NCBI GenBank assembly: GCA_009103225.1
Contig: RHPI01003366.1
Location: 1 to 64,000 of the forward strand
Source of the DNA: Chlorokybus atmophyticus
Taxonomy: Eukaryota; Plantae; Mesostigma and Chlorokybus algae
Length of the DNA stretch: 64,000 bases
Reading direction: 5' to 3'
Shown here piece after piece: positions 24,801-37,019 of the stretch (position 1 is the first letter of the stretch; each line of letters starts with the position of its first letter). Under the pieces are notes generated by a model. The model worked only from the letters and a program-made list of their open reading frames with translations, was not told the DNA's origin and did not search any database. Position numbers and translations under genes: made by a program.

Positions 24801-26864
24801 CGCCACAACGCGCATAGGCCCGCAAACATCCATGTGCACCAACTGGCCTGAATGTTGACTGCTAGAAGAAGATGACGGGAACGGCATCCTATGCTGCTTG
24901 GCCATGACACAGGGTTCACACAGCACTCCTGAAGACGCCTGAAAGTCTTCCTTGCTGACGTGGATGCCCTTGACCATGTCTTCAGCCACCAGGCGTGTGA
25001 GGTTGTTGTAGCCAAGATGCCCGAACCTCCTATGCCAAAGTTCAGCCGTTTCCTTCTCCTTCACCACGTTGGCCTTGATGCTATGAGGCTGCTCCACGAT
25101 GTAGAGCCCTCCTTGCGCGATGCCAACCATATGCACGACCCCATCCATGAGCACAGAGCATTGACCCTCCCGGATGATGATCTCACCTCCCACGCGCTCA
25201 GCAACCCTCACAGAGAATAGACTAGCAGCAGCTCCAGGAACGTGCAGAACCTCTGTCAACAAGACCTCTCTCACACTATCACCAACCTTGCAGTTGAGCC
25301 GCACTTCACCCACGCCTACAGCCTCCAGCATGTGACCACTGAAGCCCTCCACCTTCTTTGTGGTTTGCAGCTTCCTGTAGTTCTCCATGATCTCCATGTG
25401 TGGTGTCAGGTGCTGGTTGCATCCAGAGTCTATCGCCCATGATGTGGTAGACATCTCCCTTGATGCAGTGAAGGCAACGTTCTTCTCCTTGCGTTGGTCG
25501 TTGCCGTTGTTGTTGGTGCTGGTGCTGGCTCCTTGTTCTCGTTGGCGCTTGCGACAGTCTCTCAAGATGTGACCCTTGAAGCCACAGTAGTTGCACGTAA
25601 GGTTCTTGTGTTTGTTGAGGTTGCCACCTCTGCCTTTGTTCTTCTCTTCATGGTTGTAGGGTTTCTTCTTGTTTGTGTAGAAGGCGACAGCGTCGGCGTG
25701 CTCGTCCTTCTTCACCACACGTTGCTCCACAGTCAGTAACTTGGGCAACACATCGTCCAGGGTCAGCTCCGATGACGATGTCTCTAGCAGAGTGGTGACG
25801 ACTTCATACTCTGCTGGTAGTCCTGCCATAATAGCCAATACGACCTCCGTCTCTCCCATATTGTGGCCGACGTTGTTGAGGTCCGCCCACAGCTCTCTTG
25901 CACGCGCAACGTACTTGGTGATGGGCTCGCCACCCTCCTTCTTGAGCGCACTCAGCTGCTTGCGAAGCGTAAGCTTTCTGGCGTTGTTCTTGGCCTGGAA
26001 CACGGATGCAAGCTTCTCCCAAGCCTGCCTCCCATCTTCACATGCGGTGAGCATGGGAAAGTGATGCGGTTTGCAATTCAACACAAGCAAAGAGTGTGCT
26101 TCTGCTGAACGCTCAGACCACACAGTATTCTCCCCTGGTATTGGTGGTGGTGCCTTCGGATCCACGTACTTCCACATCTTCTTGTGGATGAGAAGCGCCT
26201 TCATCTCCACACACCATGTGCTGTAGTTGTCGATGTCCAATTTCGCAATCAACCCCTTGTCGTAGCTAGTCTCCATCTTTGCCGCGCCTGCTCCTCTTTG
26301 GCAGTTGGCACCCAAGACTTTGCTACACACAAGCTACCGTAGTGTGGTAACTACTAGTGTCTGCTTCTATCACACCCTTGACACGTGGTGTGGGCCCATA
26401 ACCTATTGAAGAAGCTAGCAACACATGTAGCTAAGGCTGACGCCTGACATGCACACACACAACTCAACAGCTGCGAGAGCATACACAAGAGCAACACTTT
26501 CACTTGATTACAACTCAGTCATGGGTTTTTATACCCGCTGCTTGTACACCTGTCTACTCTAGAAGCAACTGTGTACGCTACACGTCATCTTTCATCATGA
26601 ACTCAACTGCATGACGTAGCTAACTTCAAGACCTTTCTAACAAGCTAAGCCACGCGCCAAACGGTGACGTTTTCACCAAGTTATGACTGTTCTTGTGCGC
26701 GCCTGAAAGTCGCGCCTGGAACCTTCTCTTCGACTGGAGTCTCCGCCTAGTACCTTCTCGAATGGTGTCCGCGCCTGGAACCTTCTGGCGGCCAAACCTT
26801 CGGAGTTGACGCCTATGCCTATATGGAGGGCAAGGCTGACCGGATATAGAAAATATCCTCAACA
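21880..26864 (-). mobile_element. Intact, young Ty1/copia LTR retrotransposon (family A), TSD AGTGC
   Basis: LTRs 21880-22340 and 26404-26864 (461 bp each, 2 differences seen). PBS GGTTATGGGCCCA at 26403-26391. AGTGC at 21875-21879 and 26865-26869. Confidence 0.97.
22392..26276 (-). CDS. Copia gag-pol polyprotein, uninterrupted, ~1294 aa from ATG 26276
   Basis: Single ORF with CNYCGFKGHILRDC, WAIDSGC, integrase (HMDVCG..DDYS..DRGGEY..ERLNRTL), RT (YVDD) and RNaseH (CDNQGA..KHIDV). Confidence 0.97.
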   Translation of the reverse strand: METSYDKGLIAKLDIDNYSTWCVEMKALLIHKKMWKYVDPKAPPPIPGENTVWSERSAEAHSLLVLNCKPHHFPMLTACEDGRQAWEKLASVFQAKNNARKLTLRKQLSALKKEGGEPITKYVARARELWADLNNVGHNMGETEVVLAIMAGLPAEYEVVTTLLETSSSELTLDDVLPKLLTVEQRVVKKDEHADAVAFYTNKKKPYNHEEKNKGRGGNLNKHKNLTCNYCGFKGHILRDCRKRQREQGASTSTNNNGNDQRKEKNVAFTASREMSTTSWAIDSGCNQHLTPHMEIMENYRKLQTTKKVEGFSGHMLEAVGVGEVRLNCKVGDSVREVLLTEVLHVPGAAASLFSVRVAERVGGEIIIREGQCSVLMDGVVHMVGIAQGGLYIVEQPHSIKANVVKEKETAELWHRRFGHLGYNNLTRLVAEDMVKGIHVSKEDFQASSGVLCEPCVMAKQHRMPFPSSSSSSQHSGQLVHMDVCGPMRVVAKGGVRYFATFLDDYSKLSIIYPLSLKSEVEGAVRNVVALLETQSGKKMKAMRSDRGGEYINAQLKDFFASKGIRHETTAPYTPQQNGAAERLNRTLLERVRAMLNDCKLEDSLWKEAVLTANYIRNRSPVSSDQKTPWELFYGAAPDVSGMRVFGCTAYALVPKQLRHKLEPVSKKGVFVGYEPGSKAYRILLEESHKIIASREVVFHEGSLPEAGFFPKDEDEAQPQAVPDRVEALGEADIITEDFQAPPERSSGEQQQAPVRRYPERERKRPDFYHKALAGVCQEGDSTEEPSTYQEALQAPYAEQWQQAMDEEIASLHANQTWVLEKLPLGEKPIPVKWVFKVKRDGQGNIERYKARLVAKGFLQQEGVDFNEVFAPASKHATFRTLLAMVAAEDLELHHLDVKTAFLYGELEEEIYIQQPPGYEEGEPGTVCKLIKALYGLRQAPRMWHIRLTKELEALGFQASLADPGLFFHSEKKVYLLVYVDDIIMTAKHMKDLEETKKALQQAFSVRDLGEAKWFLGMVIERDRTARTIKISQEQMVKKLVTKFGLKEAKTKSTPLALGTHLVKAKDEEVLDKAKYPYGELVGSMLYLAVCTRPDIAHAVGVLARYMSAPSMEHWKAAKGVLRYVAGSATIGIKFGNGSSELEGYCDSDFAGDLDSRRSTTGYVFKLNGGIVSWNSRLQPTTAASTSEAEYMAAAAATKEALWLRKLMADLKHPKACIPIHCDNQGAIKLLKHPIASARTKHIDVMHHFVRDRVTRKEAVFHYCNTEAMLADFMTKALSPSKFQACCARLGICM

Positions 26865-28356
26865 AGTGCAAGTTGTTGCAGAGATCAGCAAGCTGAGAAA
26901 CACCATGGATGATGACATCCCTACCGTGTCGGCGGCATCGTCGACTTCAGAGGAGACTCGGAGGCAGCCTTCACACCAGCGGACTTTCTATTGACATTGT
27001 CCCTACTGCAGAATAAACGTGAAGGCGGGCCATTTAAAGTCCAACGGGCTTCCAGAAACCACACGCACCAAGACTGCAAAGAACGCGCAGCACGTGCACA
27101 TCAGATATTGCAGATACATGCGCAGATGAACCAACCAGGGCGGCAGGAAGACAGCAGATGAGCTGAAGGGACGGATGGGGGATTCTCTCTCCAAAGCAGT
27201 ACGGGTGCGTGTGATGTTGTGAAAGTGCGTTTGTTTTTATAGACTTGTAGACTCGTAGACGTTGTATGCATGCTAAGGAACTGATATCTAGGCAAAAGAC
27301 TATGCAACAAAATTGACTTACGTAAAGCATATGTTGGCGTGCAGGCCCTAAAACATCCAAAACAGAGCAGAGTTTCCGTCGACAACGTGCGGAGAGTCAC
27401 CGAGGAGTATCTGCGAAAGCATCACACTGGAGCCTTTGCATCTATAAGCACATGCAGCATGCAACTGTTAGCGAAAAAAATGCCATTACAACGCCTTGGT
27501 TGCTAACCTTGTCGCTTGTTACACAGAACAAGGCATTCTGGGATGACGCTGAGCACAATTACAACAACATCCCCCTCTACCCGAAGGAGCAAACCACACC
27601 AAAGCGGACAAAGCGGCAGCGGCAGCAAGGTTCAGGTGTTGCCGCTGCAGGTTCAGCGGCAGCAGCGTCAACAGCGGAGGAAACCGAGTTCGACTTCACT
27701 GCGACAGAGAAGAGGGAGCCAGAGGAGCTTGAGGAACAACTTGAGGATGTGATGCAAGAGGGTTCGGAGGATTCAGCGCAGAAGGCTGCGGAGGAGGTGT
27801 TGTAATTGGAGCAGTCTGAGGAGGAAGAGGTGGTGCCAACTGCAAAGAAACCGAGGCATGCCAGCTGGCGAGGCATGAAAATAAGAACGTCATCGGCAGC
27901 CGGCTCTCCCAAAACTCCCAAACACCTGTGAGTATCCATGGAAATACTCATAGACTGCTCTGATCAGGACATGTGCGTGTTGTCTTATGTCATAGGCCGA
28001 GACAATCTGTGAGTCAATATATGTATATGATATCCTTACCATTATCTTACACACAGGGTGGCAGGGTGAACCAACCTGTAGCCGATGCCCCACAGGCTAC
28101 TAAGCCAAGGCAACACCGATCAGCGCAGGCCTGTGAACTGGCTGTGACCAATGCTGCAGCCGAGGTCAATCGATTCACCAAGACGGGGATGGACGCTGTG
28201 GAGTTGCCACTGCCATCAGAAGAACATCTGCGGGTGCGTCTTTGTTCGCATGGTATCATGCATGCTGATCACATGCGTTGGGCGCCATGCTGCATGCACT
28301 GCTCAGTCGCAGCTTATGACAATTCACACCAACTTACCGTCACTTGCTGTTTGCAG

Positions 28357-28899
28357 AGTGACAGAGAGCTTCCCAACCGCAAGCGCATACATAGAGCGAC
28401 CGGTGACCCATGGCAGCTGTGGACGAATGGTCCAATTCCCATAGGCAAACTCTTCCATTTTGATGGCAAAGAGTTCGTCATCAAGCCTTCCAATATCCCT
28501 GGCGCAGGGCTCGGCTTGTTCACCTGCCAGCCTATTAAGAAGGGTGACCGCATCATGGTCTTTGACGGCAAGTGGTACTCCTATCGGGAGATGCAGAAGA
28601 CATTCCCTCAGATGGAGCACCTGCACCACCAGCGATACCACCTGCAGGTCATCAGGGACGTGCCACGCCGTCAGAGCCCTGTCATCGATGGCCACCCTCG
28701 ATATGGGAACATAGCTGGCTTCCTCAACTCCAGCCGCGATACGCAGTACAAACCCAACTGCCACATCATGGACTTCGTTGATGAGGCTGCGGTGCAGGCA
28801 GCTGAGGTTAGGAGTCAGAGTGACATCGCCGCCGGGGAAGAGCTGCTCATGGAATACGATCCCTTCCCTCCACCTCCAGACGAGCAACCTACAGACAAT
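28357..28899 (+). CDS. SET-domain (lysine methyltransferase-like) exon
   Basis: IKPSNIPGAGLGLFTCQPIKKGDRIMVFDG...IDG...NIAGFLNSS...PNC...DIAAGEELLMEYD, bounded by AG and GT. The canonical NH of motif III appears as NS. Confidence 0.85.
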
Positions 28900-30138
28900 G
28901 TGAGTATATGCAGCATGTGGCTCATGCCTATAGACATCACTTGCTGTGCCAGACACTGTCACTTGCTGTTATAGACTGCATCTGTGAGAGCTGTGCGGTC
29001 TATGACCTTATCATTCAGCATTGCAAACAATGTGCTGATCACCATCTTACCTCCGGTCATGGAGTACTTTTTCGAGGCGGCCAAAGAAAAGTTTATCAAG
29101 GAGGCAACAGAGATGGCGACTCGCCATGGCGTCGCGCTCGAAGACGGCGCGTACCTCGCCGCTTGCACTGCACCGCGTCAAGCTGGTGAATCTTTAGGCG
29201 CCTACACATGGAGGGTGCTGAAACGACCACAAGTCGCCCGAAATTAAAGACAGAATGTAAGTGTTGAGAACGCTTCGTCAGTGCATGGTCGTACATGTCA
29301 TTTTGCATTCATAGACTGCACTTGTGTCACCAGAACGACACAGTCAATCACGCTGTTAGAGAGGCGTCTGTACGCTTTTGAAAAGGGATATTTGACTCAG
29401 CTGAAAGCAAGTACGCTGAGCTTACACGCGTGCTAGATAGACTATTCCTGCTATTAAGACAGATAGACTCCAGAATAGAACAAGAGAAAGAACAGAGGGT
29501 ATGTTTGTGTTGTTCAACATAAATGAGTTGTGTGTAATTCTTGTTATAACTGGTGGTTATGATTCGCAGAAACTTACCAAGGAAGTGTTCCGTAAGGCAG
29601 AGACTACATTTCGCAAAGGCCTCCAAGAGATTGCCGCTCAGGACGCCATGGTGACAAGGGCTGCAAATCAGCACAGGCTGAAAGAGCAGGATTATCAGTC
29701 AAAAATCGAGAAGACCATTTTGTCCATGGTGCGCAATGGTCTGAATGAAAGCAGGCGACATTGGTTGACTGAGGAGCGGATAGCTGCCGTGCGCACCAAT
29801 GTTTGAAACGCCCAAAATACGACTGCACAGTGGAAGGCTGAGCAAAAGCAATTGCAGCAATGCAACAAGGCGGAGTGGGAGACACGCCGGCTACGCATCA
29901 ACGCCATTGCTAATCGGAGGAAATAGAAGCGAGAATTTTGGCTAGAAGAGCAGATGAAGACCATCCATTTTCAGGATCCCGGATGGGCTGAGAATTACAA
30001 GTCCTTGCGCGCATTCCTCATCAACAAGTGGGAGTGCAACCATCCTTGGCCATCCATTTCTCCTGGTCCGACTTTTTCTAGTGCTGCTTCTGGTGCTACG
30101 GCTACCTCTAGCAATCCTTCTCAAGCTGCTGCTGATGC

Positions 30139-30595
30139 TGTTGAAGGTATTACATGGGTGATGCTTGTATCCGGTCAGCTTGCCCTTCATACAGGAGTCG
30201 AGGGTCGAAGGTACCAGGAAGAAGCGCGTGGACTCCAGACTTAGCAAGACGGTCGAGTCATGACGGACTCCGGACCAGGCTGCTTGGTAGAGCCTTGGGA
30301 GAAATCGTGTAGCTTTGTGGATACGTAAGCTTAGCAGGCGTGGCTTAGCTTGTTGGAAAGCTCTGGTTGTGAGCTAGACAGCGTAGCTTACAGGACAGCA
30401 ATCGGCTGAGTATAGCGCACGCGGTGCTTGCCAATGTAGACGTGTGTAGAGACTGGCGGGGTATAAAGCCCAGACTTGTTGCAATGAAGATAAGAGGTCA
30501 CGATATGGCATGTGTGCGGATGCTATGGCGGCAGTAGCAGTCATGCTCTTGTGTTGATGTTGTTGGCGTGTCACTTGCACGTGTGTATGTCAACA
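30139..30595 (+). mobile_element. Solo LTR (457 bp, related to the family B LTR), TSD GATGC
   Basis: TGTTGAAGG...TCAACA flanked by GATGC at 30134-30138 and 30596-30600. Shares blocks with the 12880-13304 LTR (ACTTAGCAAGA, AGCTTGTTGGAAAGC, TGTAGACGTGTGT). Confidence 0.92.
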
Positions 30596-30796
30596 GATGC
30601 TGCTTTTGCCTCTGCTGCTGCTGCTGCTGCTGCTGCACTTGCAGCATTGGGAGGGGTTTCGGGGCGACCTTCAGTTCCTCTAATGTTTCCGGACAGGCCA
30701 CCACAAGGAAGCGCAGAGAAGGATGCCATAGACCGTGGCCATCAAACTGTTGGAGGGACTCCAGGAGGTGCTGCTGAGGGTCAGCATGTCAGCGGT

Positions 30797-30935
30797 AATG
30801 AACCTGCTGGAGGTGATGAACCTGCTGGTGGTGATGAACCTGCTGGAGGTCGTGATGAACCTGCTGGAGGTGATCATCATGAACCTGCTGGAGGTGATCA
30901 TCATGAACCTGCTGGAGGTGATCATTATGGAGACG
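30797..30935 (+). repeat. Coding tandem repeat (EPAGGD/EPAGGDHH), 18-24 bp units, about 6 copies
   Basis: GATGAACCTGCTGGAGGT repeated; translation in ORF 30512. Confidence 0.9.
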
Positions 30936-32099
30936 GCAATGGTGATGAACCCAGCAATCATAAAAGCAACGATGATGACAGCAACGGCGACGGTGACGTT
31001 GATGCTCGTAAGAAGTTGGAAGACGGTATCGCTGCTGCACGTTCAGGAGTCGCCAATGCCAGCAACATAGCCAAGTTGGTTGAAGGCTTTGTCCAGAACC
31101 TTCAACAGCAAATGCCCCGTAACCTTTGGCCAAAGTCAGCATTAGTCAGTCCATGGCTACTTGTGCGTCACAGGCCGCACTGTCCATTTCGGTCTATGAC
31201 CCCGCTGTTTCGTGTTTATGCTCTAAGTTGGTGTGTCGATGCAGCAACACCCAGAAGAGGCGTCTACAACCACCCAGGCCGTTGCATCTGCCAACGCTGA
31301 TGTGAAGCGCATCCATGCAGCGGAGTTATCAGCCGCTGTTGAAGCAGCAGCCAAGGCTAGCCAACAGCATGCAGAGTTGCTGCAACAGGAGAAGAAGGCC
31401 AGAGAGGAGGCCGGGGGGCGCATACAGATGCTGGAGGTGGCTCTTGCAAAACAGGAGACGGAAAGAGAGGAGGCCGTGGGGCGCATACCACAGCTGCAGG
31501 CCGCTCTCGATGCAGCCAATGCTGAGCGACAAAGGCTGCAACAGCAGGATCATGCCAGCGCGGAAGACAGCCAGCGCGTACACAGCTACAACAAACTTTG
31601 CAAGAGCTTGGAGAAATCAATGCTCGGCGTTCAAAGCTGGCGAGGGAAGAAGCTGAACATCTGTGCGGTGAACGCCCTGCCTTGAAAGATCACCTCACCC
31701 GCTGCAAGCGCATTGAAGATGATGTCAAGGCCGCCTTTAACAGGATCAGCGAGTTGGATGAAGAGTTAGTGCTGGCCTTGCAGCGTGAGGATGCAGCGCA
31801 AGAGTTGGTTGCCACCACTGCTGACAGGGACCGCCTACGACAGCAGTTGGCGACAGCCGAGGAGGCCAGGAAAAAGCAGCAGAACCTTCTTGACCAGCTT
31901 CAGCAGCAGCCCTCCGCGCAAGCACAAAAGCTCCAAGCAGAGGTTGACGCCCTTAATGCAAGACTTCAGCGTCAGCAGTCACACCAAGACTCCATTCGGA
32001 AGCAGCAGGAAGACACGCTTCAGCACCAGTTGAGGTGGACCAATGCGGAGAGGCAACGCTTGGAAACAGAGAATGTGAGCCTACGGCAGGCGAGGAGCA

Positions 32100-32775
32100 G
32101 CTTCAAAGGATCAGCAGCAGCACGCTTGGAGGAGATCCAGAGCCTGCAGGAGCGCCTGCGCAAAGCCGAGGAGGCCTCGCAACAAGCGCGTGACGCTGCG
32201 CGCAAAGCCGAGGAGGCCTCTCAACTCCAANTAACTCCAAATTCAGCAAATGGCCTCCCTCCAGCGGTAGGCGCGTGAGGAGGCGGACCGCCTACAAAAG
32301 GAAAATGCAGAACTGAGTGAGTGCCTGTGCCAAGCTAAGGCGGTCAGGAAGAAGCAGCAGGAGATCGGCGGCCAGCAGCAGCAGGAGGCGTCCACGCAGC
32401 AGAGGCGCTTGAGGAGGCGGACCGTCTACGATAGCACAATGCAAGCCTGACTGAGCGACTGCGCCAAAGCGAGGAGGCCAGGAAGAAGCTGGAGGAGAGC
32501 AGCGGCCAGCAGCAGCAGCAGGAGTCCTCCGCTCAGCAGGTGCATGAAGAGGCGGACCTCTTACGAGAGGAGACCTTGCAACTGAGTGAGCGCTAGCGCC
32601 AAGCCGAGAAGGCCAGGAAGAAGCTAGAGGAGAGCAGCGGCCAGCAGCAGCAGCAGGAGTCCTCCGCTCAGCAGGCGCGTGAGGAGGCGGACCGCCTACA
32701 AAAGGAAAATGCAAAACTGAGTGAGCGCCTGCGCCAAGCCGAGGAGGCCAAGAAGAAGCTGCAGACGAGACCTAG
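32100..32775 (+). repeat. Coding tandem repeats of ~120 bp units (coiled coil), degenerate; single N at 32231
   Basis: Recurrent GCGCGTGAGGAGGCGGACCGCCTACAAAAGGAAAATGCA and GCGCCAAGCCGAGGAGGCCAGGAAGAAGC units. Confidence 0.85.
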
Positions 32776-33859
32776 TATGGCCTATAGACTGAGTCCGTAG
32801 CACCCAGGTACCTACTTCCGGTTGTAGGCTGGGCTCATAGTCCAGCTGCAGGCTGGGCTCATAGGCATCCATTCAGTGTACATAGCCTGCAGAACAGATG
32901 TGCATAAGTGTATACAGTAATATATTGCCATTACATGTTCATTGCTTGCCCTGCTTGCTCGGCCATCACACATGCAGTCGCATGCACACGCGCACAGTGC
33001 ACATAGTTGTTTGCAAGGCGCAGTTATCCGAACTAGTCTATGATGCAGACACACGCACTTCACAAACACGTGAATGCAAGTGCAAACACACTCACTTGTT
33101 GCCTGCTGTCCTGGCTTCCAATACATGCAATGTCGGTTGAATTTCATTCGCTGTCCATCACTTCTACCCCTCTCAGTCCACGCAAAGCTGCTTCTGCTGC
33201 TCCCTTGCCTTGGCCAGTCGAGCTTTGTTTTGGCTGAGAAAGGGTCCTCCACCTGGTCGCTCGCAGCTGTGTTAACCACCCAGACGCCTAGCCTCCTCCC
33301 CCCTGCCTTCTTCAGGTAGTCGACTACCATATGACCGTCGGACCGCACCTCTTTGTCCACAACAACCCTAGGGGGTGGGTCAGCAGGATCTTCATCTGGG
33401 GGCTCATGCGGAAGTCTTAAGTCGAAAATGGACTTGCTGTTAAGCCGCATCTCCGAGACATCGCCCTTTTCTAGCCACACCGGCAAGGGGATGTCGGCTG
33501 CAGTGACTCTCAACTCTGTGCTGTCATAGTCGAACGCCAATTGATGATTTGCTACATCACGGTTGAGCAACACCCAGAGCTTGCATTGCAACTGGTCTCC
33601 ACCGATGAGCGTAAACTCATCTGCCAAACGCCCAATGCACTGTGCACCAGTGTCTCTGTCAATCAGGTCATTGCCCATGGCATCACGCTTCTTGGTATAA
33701 GGCCGCACTTGCACATGGATAGTGGATTTCCGCCAATTGAACAGGTAGATCTCATCCACCCGGCATGGTGCGACAGTTGGGTCCGCCATCTTCATGTTAT
33801 CAACGCCTCTGCGTTTGCAAATACCAAAGGCTTTACTCACTCACTTTGTATCAAGAGAT

Positions 33860-34080
33860 GACAGTAGACAGTGCCTATGAGACTCTGGTAGACACTGCCC
33901 ATGAGACACCTGACAGTGTCTATGAGACTTTCGGGCAGAGCAATACAATGCGTAATTCGTAGACACTGAACAGTGCCTATGAGACTTTTGGTCAGAGCAA
34001 TAGCTTACATAATTCGTAGACACTGGACAGTGCCTATGAGACTTTAGGTTAGAGCAACAGATTTCATAATTCGTAGACTG
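33860..34080 (-). repeat. Intronic minisatellite, same family as 20575-20875, inverted
   Basis: GTAGACACTGGACAGTGCCTATGAGACTTT units. Confidence 0.88.
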
Positions 34081-37019
34081 AACCACACCTGTAGATGACC
34101 CCGTTACGCGGATATGCGCGGAACTTGCGTATGCCTCCGGGCAAGTTGCCAGTGATGTTCTCAACGCGCTTGATTTCCAAGGCCAAGGGTCCCTGAAGAG
34201 GGACAGGCTTCCTGGTGCTGCCAATAAGAATGCCCTTTTCTCTGATCAGTCGCGCATGCTCCAAGTCTGGGAAATTCTCAGCGAGGGTCCAGAGCTCCAT
34301 GGCGTGCTTCTGAGTGCGCACTTCGTATTGACAGTCATTACATGCTCCACTCAAAGGCTGGTAAACCTGCTGAGAGTGCGCCATTATATCATTAGCTCGG
34401 TGGCACAACAGCTTTCCAGTCCTCTGATCTTCTCGCATGACGCTGAACGTCCTCAGAAACCATCTCCTTAGTGTACGCCGCATGTAGCTAATCTCAACTG
34501 CTTCCCATTGGTGAAGGTGTTGACATAGTTGGACACAGTGCGCTCTTGCACAAAACACCAGTACACATCATGACTCCCGTGCCAGATGATGTCCTTCAGA
34601 ATGTGATTGGCACCGGGCACATGCTCGTTGGGCCTTTTGTTGGTGCCAAACAGGTCCTCCGAGTAGACCCTCCAATATTACAAACGAGCGTCAGCAAGTT
34701 CCAACAGCTCCGCAGTCCAGCCATGTAGGCGAGAGTTGTAGAAGAAGATGCGAAAGTGAAGCGCAAAGCTGACGTCTCTGGTTGCTTCGTCTACCAGATC
34801 GGACACAGCGTATGGCACAGCATACTGCACGAACGTCTGCAAGTCCTGGGCCTTGAACCAAGCCAGGTGCTTGCTGATGCCTCTTGGGAAACGTTTGCTC
34901 TTCAAGTCCATGGGGCGTGATATGCGCATTTGAGACAGCCTGCGCTCCACCTTGGCAATGTCTTCGACATGCTTTGAACTGTCTGCACCCAGCGTACTGT
35001 GCACGAAACTCTTGCAAAGCCCCTCCAGCAACAGGTGCATCGTGTCATAGACCAAGTCACGGCAAGGGTTAAACTCATACAGATGCCACAGCCGCCAGAG
35101 TGGAGATTTCCCTGTGATGCCGCACTCCATTGATTTTTCTTTCCGGTTTTGGCCATCGAGTGAGTCCACCATCCACGCGTTGTCGAACGCATCCTTTGCT
35201 GCTCTCTCTGCTGGGGAATGGCGGCAGTAGTAGCGATTGTCACCATTAAAATGGTCTGTACGTGTCCTCGTAGTATCTTCACCCTGCTCAGCACGCCGGG
35301 GCACTTGGTGCTGAGTGGCTTTGAGGAGATAACGCCGGCAGGGGACGAGGCCTCCATTCTTAAACTGGCCTATCTCACATTGCGCTGGCTGGTCACCCGT
35401 CCATGCCCACAGCACTACCCGCAGCGTCGTCTCTTGACCTGCAATGAAGTCAACATTAGTATCTCACAACCAGTATGATAGACTGTAATAGGCCGTACTG
35501 GGCAATGCAGCCTATGACAGTCTCATAGACCGCAAGAAGGCAGATATGCTATAACCAAGTCGCAGCCACTGAACAGTGCCTATGAGACTTTAGCACACAC
35601 AAAAATGGACTGCTTAAGTTGTAGACTCTGGACAGTGCCTATGAGACTTTGGGTGATATAGGTGACAAAACATGTTATAACCCAGTCATTACCTCGTCGC
35701 CGATCAAGCTCGCGGTTGTCGACATGATTGGAATCGAGGCCATAACAAACAGTGAAGCCGTTCAAGTAGAGGTTCTCCAAGTCACGCACCAGCAGTTCCA
35801 CAAAGGGCTCCAGACTGTGCACACTGTTTGGGAGCTGATCATTGGGAACAAGAAGCAAAGGCATGACGGAAGACTCTTGTGAGGAAATGCGCTTTCCGCC
35901 ATTGAGCACAGAGGCACTGACAACGGTGCAGCTGTGCTTCACAGTGGTTGTTGAGCTGAAGCCATCGGCGTGGATTAGCAGGGCTATGTTGCGAGGGTCG
36001 CCAAGAGCTTGCTGTACAATCTGATGGTTGGTTTTGTGGCACCCTGAGCATTCAAATGTCACGTGATCGCCTGCGTTGTGATGCTCCAAATCGACATGCG
36101 GGATGTGGTGGCAGAATGCGCAGGACACAGGCAGCTTGATTTTGTGGCGAGGGTCCCAGAAGCTGCAGTGATGCTGCTTCTTCACACCATGCCAGTACTC
36201 AGTGTTTGCAGCAGGTACTTGTTCCACAGGGACGTGCAACCACTCATCTTTGTGGCGCCATTCCTCCAGATAGTCGTGAGCGATTGAAGGGATAGCTAAC
36301 TTGGCGCTGAGCCAGGCACCTATACGATTGTACAAGAAGTCGCAACATTCTTTGCGAACCCTGCCGCATCCCCCTCCACATGGTGTGTTGCGAAGGCGAT
36401 CAATCATTTTTTGTTTGGTGTCGCCCGTATCCGAGTCCTCGTCATCTTCATTAAGTGTGGGATAAGGTGCATCAAACAAGTACTTGCATGTGGGACAGAC
36501 GGTCAGGCGCTGAGGAATAGGCATGCCGAGCGCGGCCAACAGTTTATCCACGGCGGCAATGTTTGTCGGCAGCTCATCCGCGACAGGGCTGTGCGATATT
36601 GTGTCGCCTGTGAGGCTGACGATGTCCTCCCGCAACTGCTCCTGTTAAACAGGGACCTCCAAGGCCAGCTTGACCACAGATTATTATTTGGCCAAAGTTG
36701 AGCTTCATAATCTCGTTGACGAGTGCAACCAAGATACCAGAATCTTCCAGGGCTGTCACAATCTTGAGGTAGATATCCAGCCACTTCTTCGTAGCAGACT
36801 CTGTTGGCGGTTGGCTGGGCTCGAGAGGTTGACTATGGGGAATAGGTGGTGCCCACCTGCTTACGGCAACTGCCAGGTCAAGTGTACGGTGCGCCCTTGC
36901 AACTGCTTCGTCCACCATCTATAATGACAGATCTTGGTTAGCACGCCAGCGATTAACACCAATTCACATGACCACGCTATCAAGAATCGTAAGCAAGACA
37001 CACGCGTGCATGGCTGTGT

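Larger units (their letters stand above)
27400..32790 (+). pseudogene. Multi-exon cargo gene of the CMC element: SET domain followed by low-complexity and long coiled-coil repeats; disrupted by a solo LTR and stops
   Basis: Exon-like ORFs 27452, 27973, 28984, 29501, 29954, 30512, 31233 and 31598. Removing the solo LTR restores the frame (QAAAD|AAFASAAA). The 3' part is Q/E/A-rich heptad repeats. Gene ends are approximate. Confidence 0.55.
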
